DNA of 63,407 nt, counting the filler, from Octopus bimaculoides (Eukaryota), in the NCBI RefSeq assembly GCF_001194135.2. It is 7 parts of 7 records of this genome, joined end to end, with 100 filler letters (N's around TTAATTAATTAA, not from the genome) between each part and the next. Parts side by side here need not be neighbours in the genome. Positions count along the whole stretch, not along the records: positions 62,216 to 63,407 come from NW_026296821.1; 6 more parts are not named here. One strand, written 5' to 3'. Below are positions 62,238-63,407 of the stretch, in pieces. The position numbers were made by a program, and so were the translations under genes. A model generated the notes under the pieces. It did no database searches and was not told where the DNA came from. It saw nothing but the letters and a program-made list of their open reading frames with translations. The first letter of the stretch is position 1. Every line of letters begins with the position of its first letter.

Positions 62238-62540
62238 AGGCGCAGGAGTGGCTGTGTGGTAAGTAAACTTGCGTACCAACCACATGGTTATGGGTTCATT
62301 CCCACTGCATGGCACCTTGGGCAAGTGTCTTCTACTATGGGGACAAGCAAAAAAGGCACAAGTGCACCTTCCACACACACACACACACATGTAATAGACT
62401 CTTTTCAGATTCTGCAAACTAAATCCACTCATAAGTCTTTTGTTAGTGCAAGGTTATAGGAGAAGACTCTTGTCCAAGGAGCAAAGCCCTGTGAGTGAAT
62501 TTGGTAGACTGAAAACTGAAAGATGCCCATCATATATATG

Positions 62541-62601
<61 letters not shown>

Positions 62602-62795
62602 TTGTGTGTCTGTGTTTGTCCCCACAACATCGCTTAATAACCGATGCTGGTGTGTTTATATCGCTGTAACTTAGCGGTTCGGCAAAATAGAATAAGTACT
62701 AGGCTTCCAAAGAATAAGTCCTGGGGTTGATTTGCTTGACTAAAGGCAGTGCTCCAGCATGGCCACAGTCAAATGACTGAAACAAGTAAAAAAAA
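62238..62795 (+). mobile_element. SINE family 2, full-length with internal microsatellite
   Basis: GGCGCAGGAGTGGCTGTGTGGTAAG A-box head, GGGTTCA B-box, CCTTGGGCAAGTGTCTT, (TA)(TG)n, 3' body ending GACTGAAACAAGTAAAA. Confidence 0.9.
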
Positions 62796-62799
62796 GTGC

Positions 62800-62914
62800 A
62801 AAGAGTATATATATAGTTATATATAAGTAGATATATATATATATATAGATATATATATGTATATATATGTATATATGTATATATATGTATATATGTATAT
62901 ATATGTATGCATGC

Positions 62915-63010
<96 letters not shown>

Positions 63011-63131
63011 ATATAAATACATACCTATGTACATACATATATACATATATATATATAAACACACATATATATGTATATATATATACATATATCATGATGA
63101 TGATGATGATGATATATATAAATACACACAC

Positions 63132-63168
<37 letters not shown>

Positions 63169-63240
63169 GATATATATATATATATATATGTATGTATAAA
63201 TAAATTTATATATATATGTATATATAACTATATATAGTGA
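62800..63240. repeat. Long (TA)n/(TATG)n low-complexity tract
   Basis: Seen directly; one of dozens of (TA), (TG), (GA), (GATA), (TATG) tracts in the window. Confidence 0.95.
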
Positions 63241-63407
63241 GAATTTACAAAGTAACAAAAGTCGAAGACGGGTGTGTAAACAACAAACAGATGCTTGGGA
63301 AGTGAGAGTGTTTTATGTTTCGAGCCTATGCTCTTCAACAGAGAGAGGAAATAAAAAAGGTTTAGTGGGTAGCGATCTAATATATGTATATGTATGTATA
63401 TATATAT

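Noticed and set aside
851-63258. Most ORF-track entries (poly-X, CVCV, YIYI, HTHT, LSLS, polyC/L/I/Y/Q)
   Set aside because: Translations of N gaps and microsatellites.

Overview
Eukaryotic, AT-rich, microsatellite-saturated genomic DNA with many N gaps. The SINE/LINE repertoire and compound (TA)/(TG)/(GATA) repeats suggest an Octopus assembly; the species is an inference. Two host genes, both on the + strand, can be reconstructed by hand from splice signals and protein motifs. (1) A complete 4-exon NPC2/ML-domain sterol-binding protein gene (CDS 1840-1915, 3980-4090, 14671-14846, 18711-18794; 148 aa, signal peptide, 6 conserved Cys). (2) A partial C-type-lectin-domain gene (exons 46446-46620 and 49199-49422) lacking the canonical Ca2+/sugar motifs; its first exon(s) were not found. 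The rest is mostly decayed transposons: tRNA-derived SINEs, CR1, RTE, Tx1, R4/Dong-like and HERO-like LINE fragments, an internally deleted Gypsy, Tc1/mariner, Chapaev3-like and Merlin DNA transposons and MITEs. These include a ~15 kb nest at 31-46 kb. No rRNA, true tRNA gene or CRISPR array is supported. I found no clearly new biological system. The best leads are a ~95% identical 270-bp-arm intronic hairpin, an inverted SINE pair enclosing a 20-nt stop-carrying microexon, a PHD-type finger inside an RTE reverse transcriptase, microsatellite-associated Tx1/R4 insertions, a micro-inversion joining two retroelements and a His-rich non-canonical lectin. TE coordinates are approximate (read by eye).
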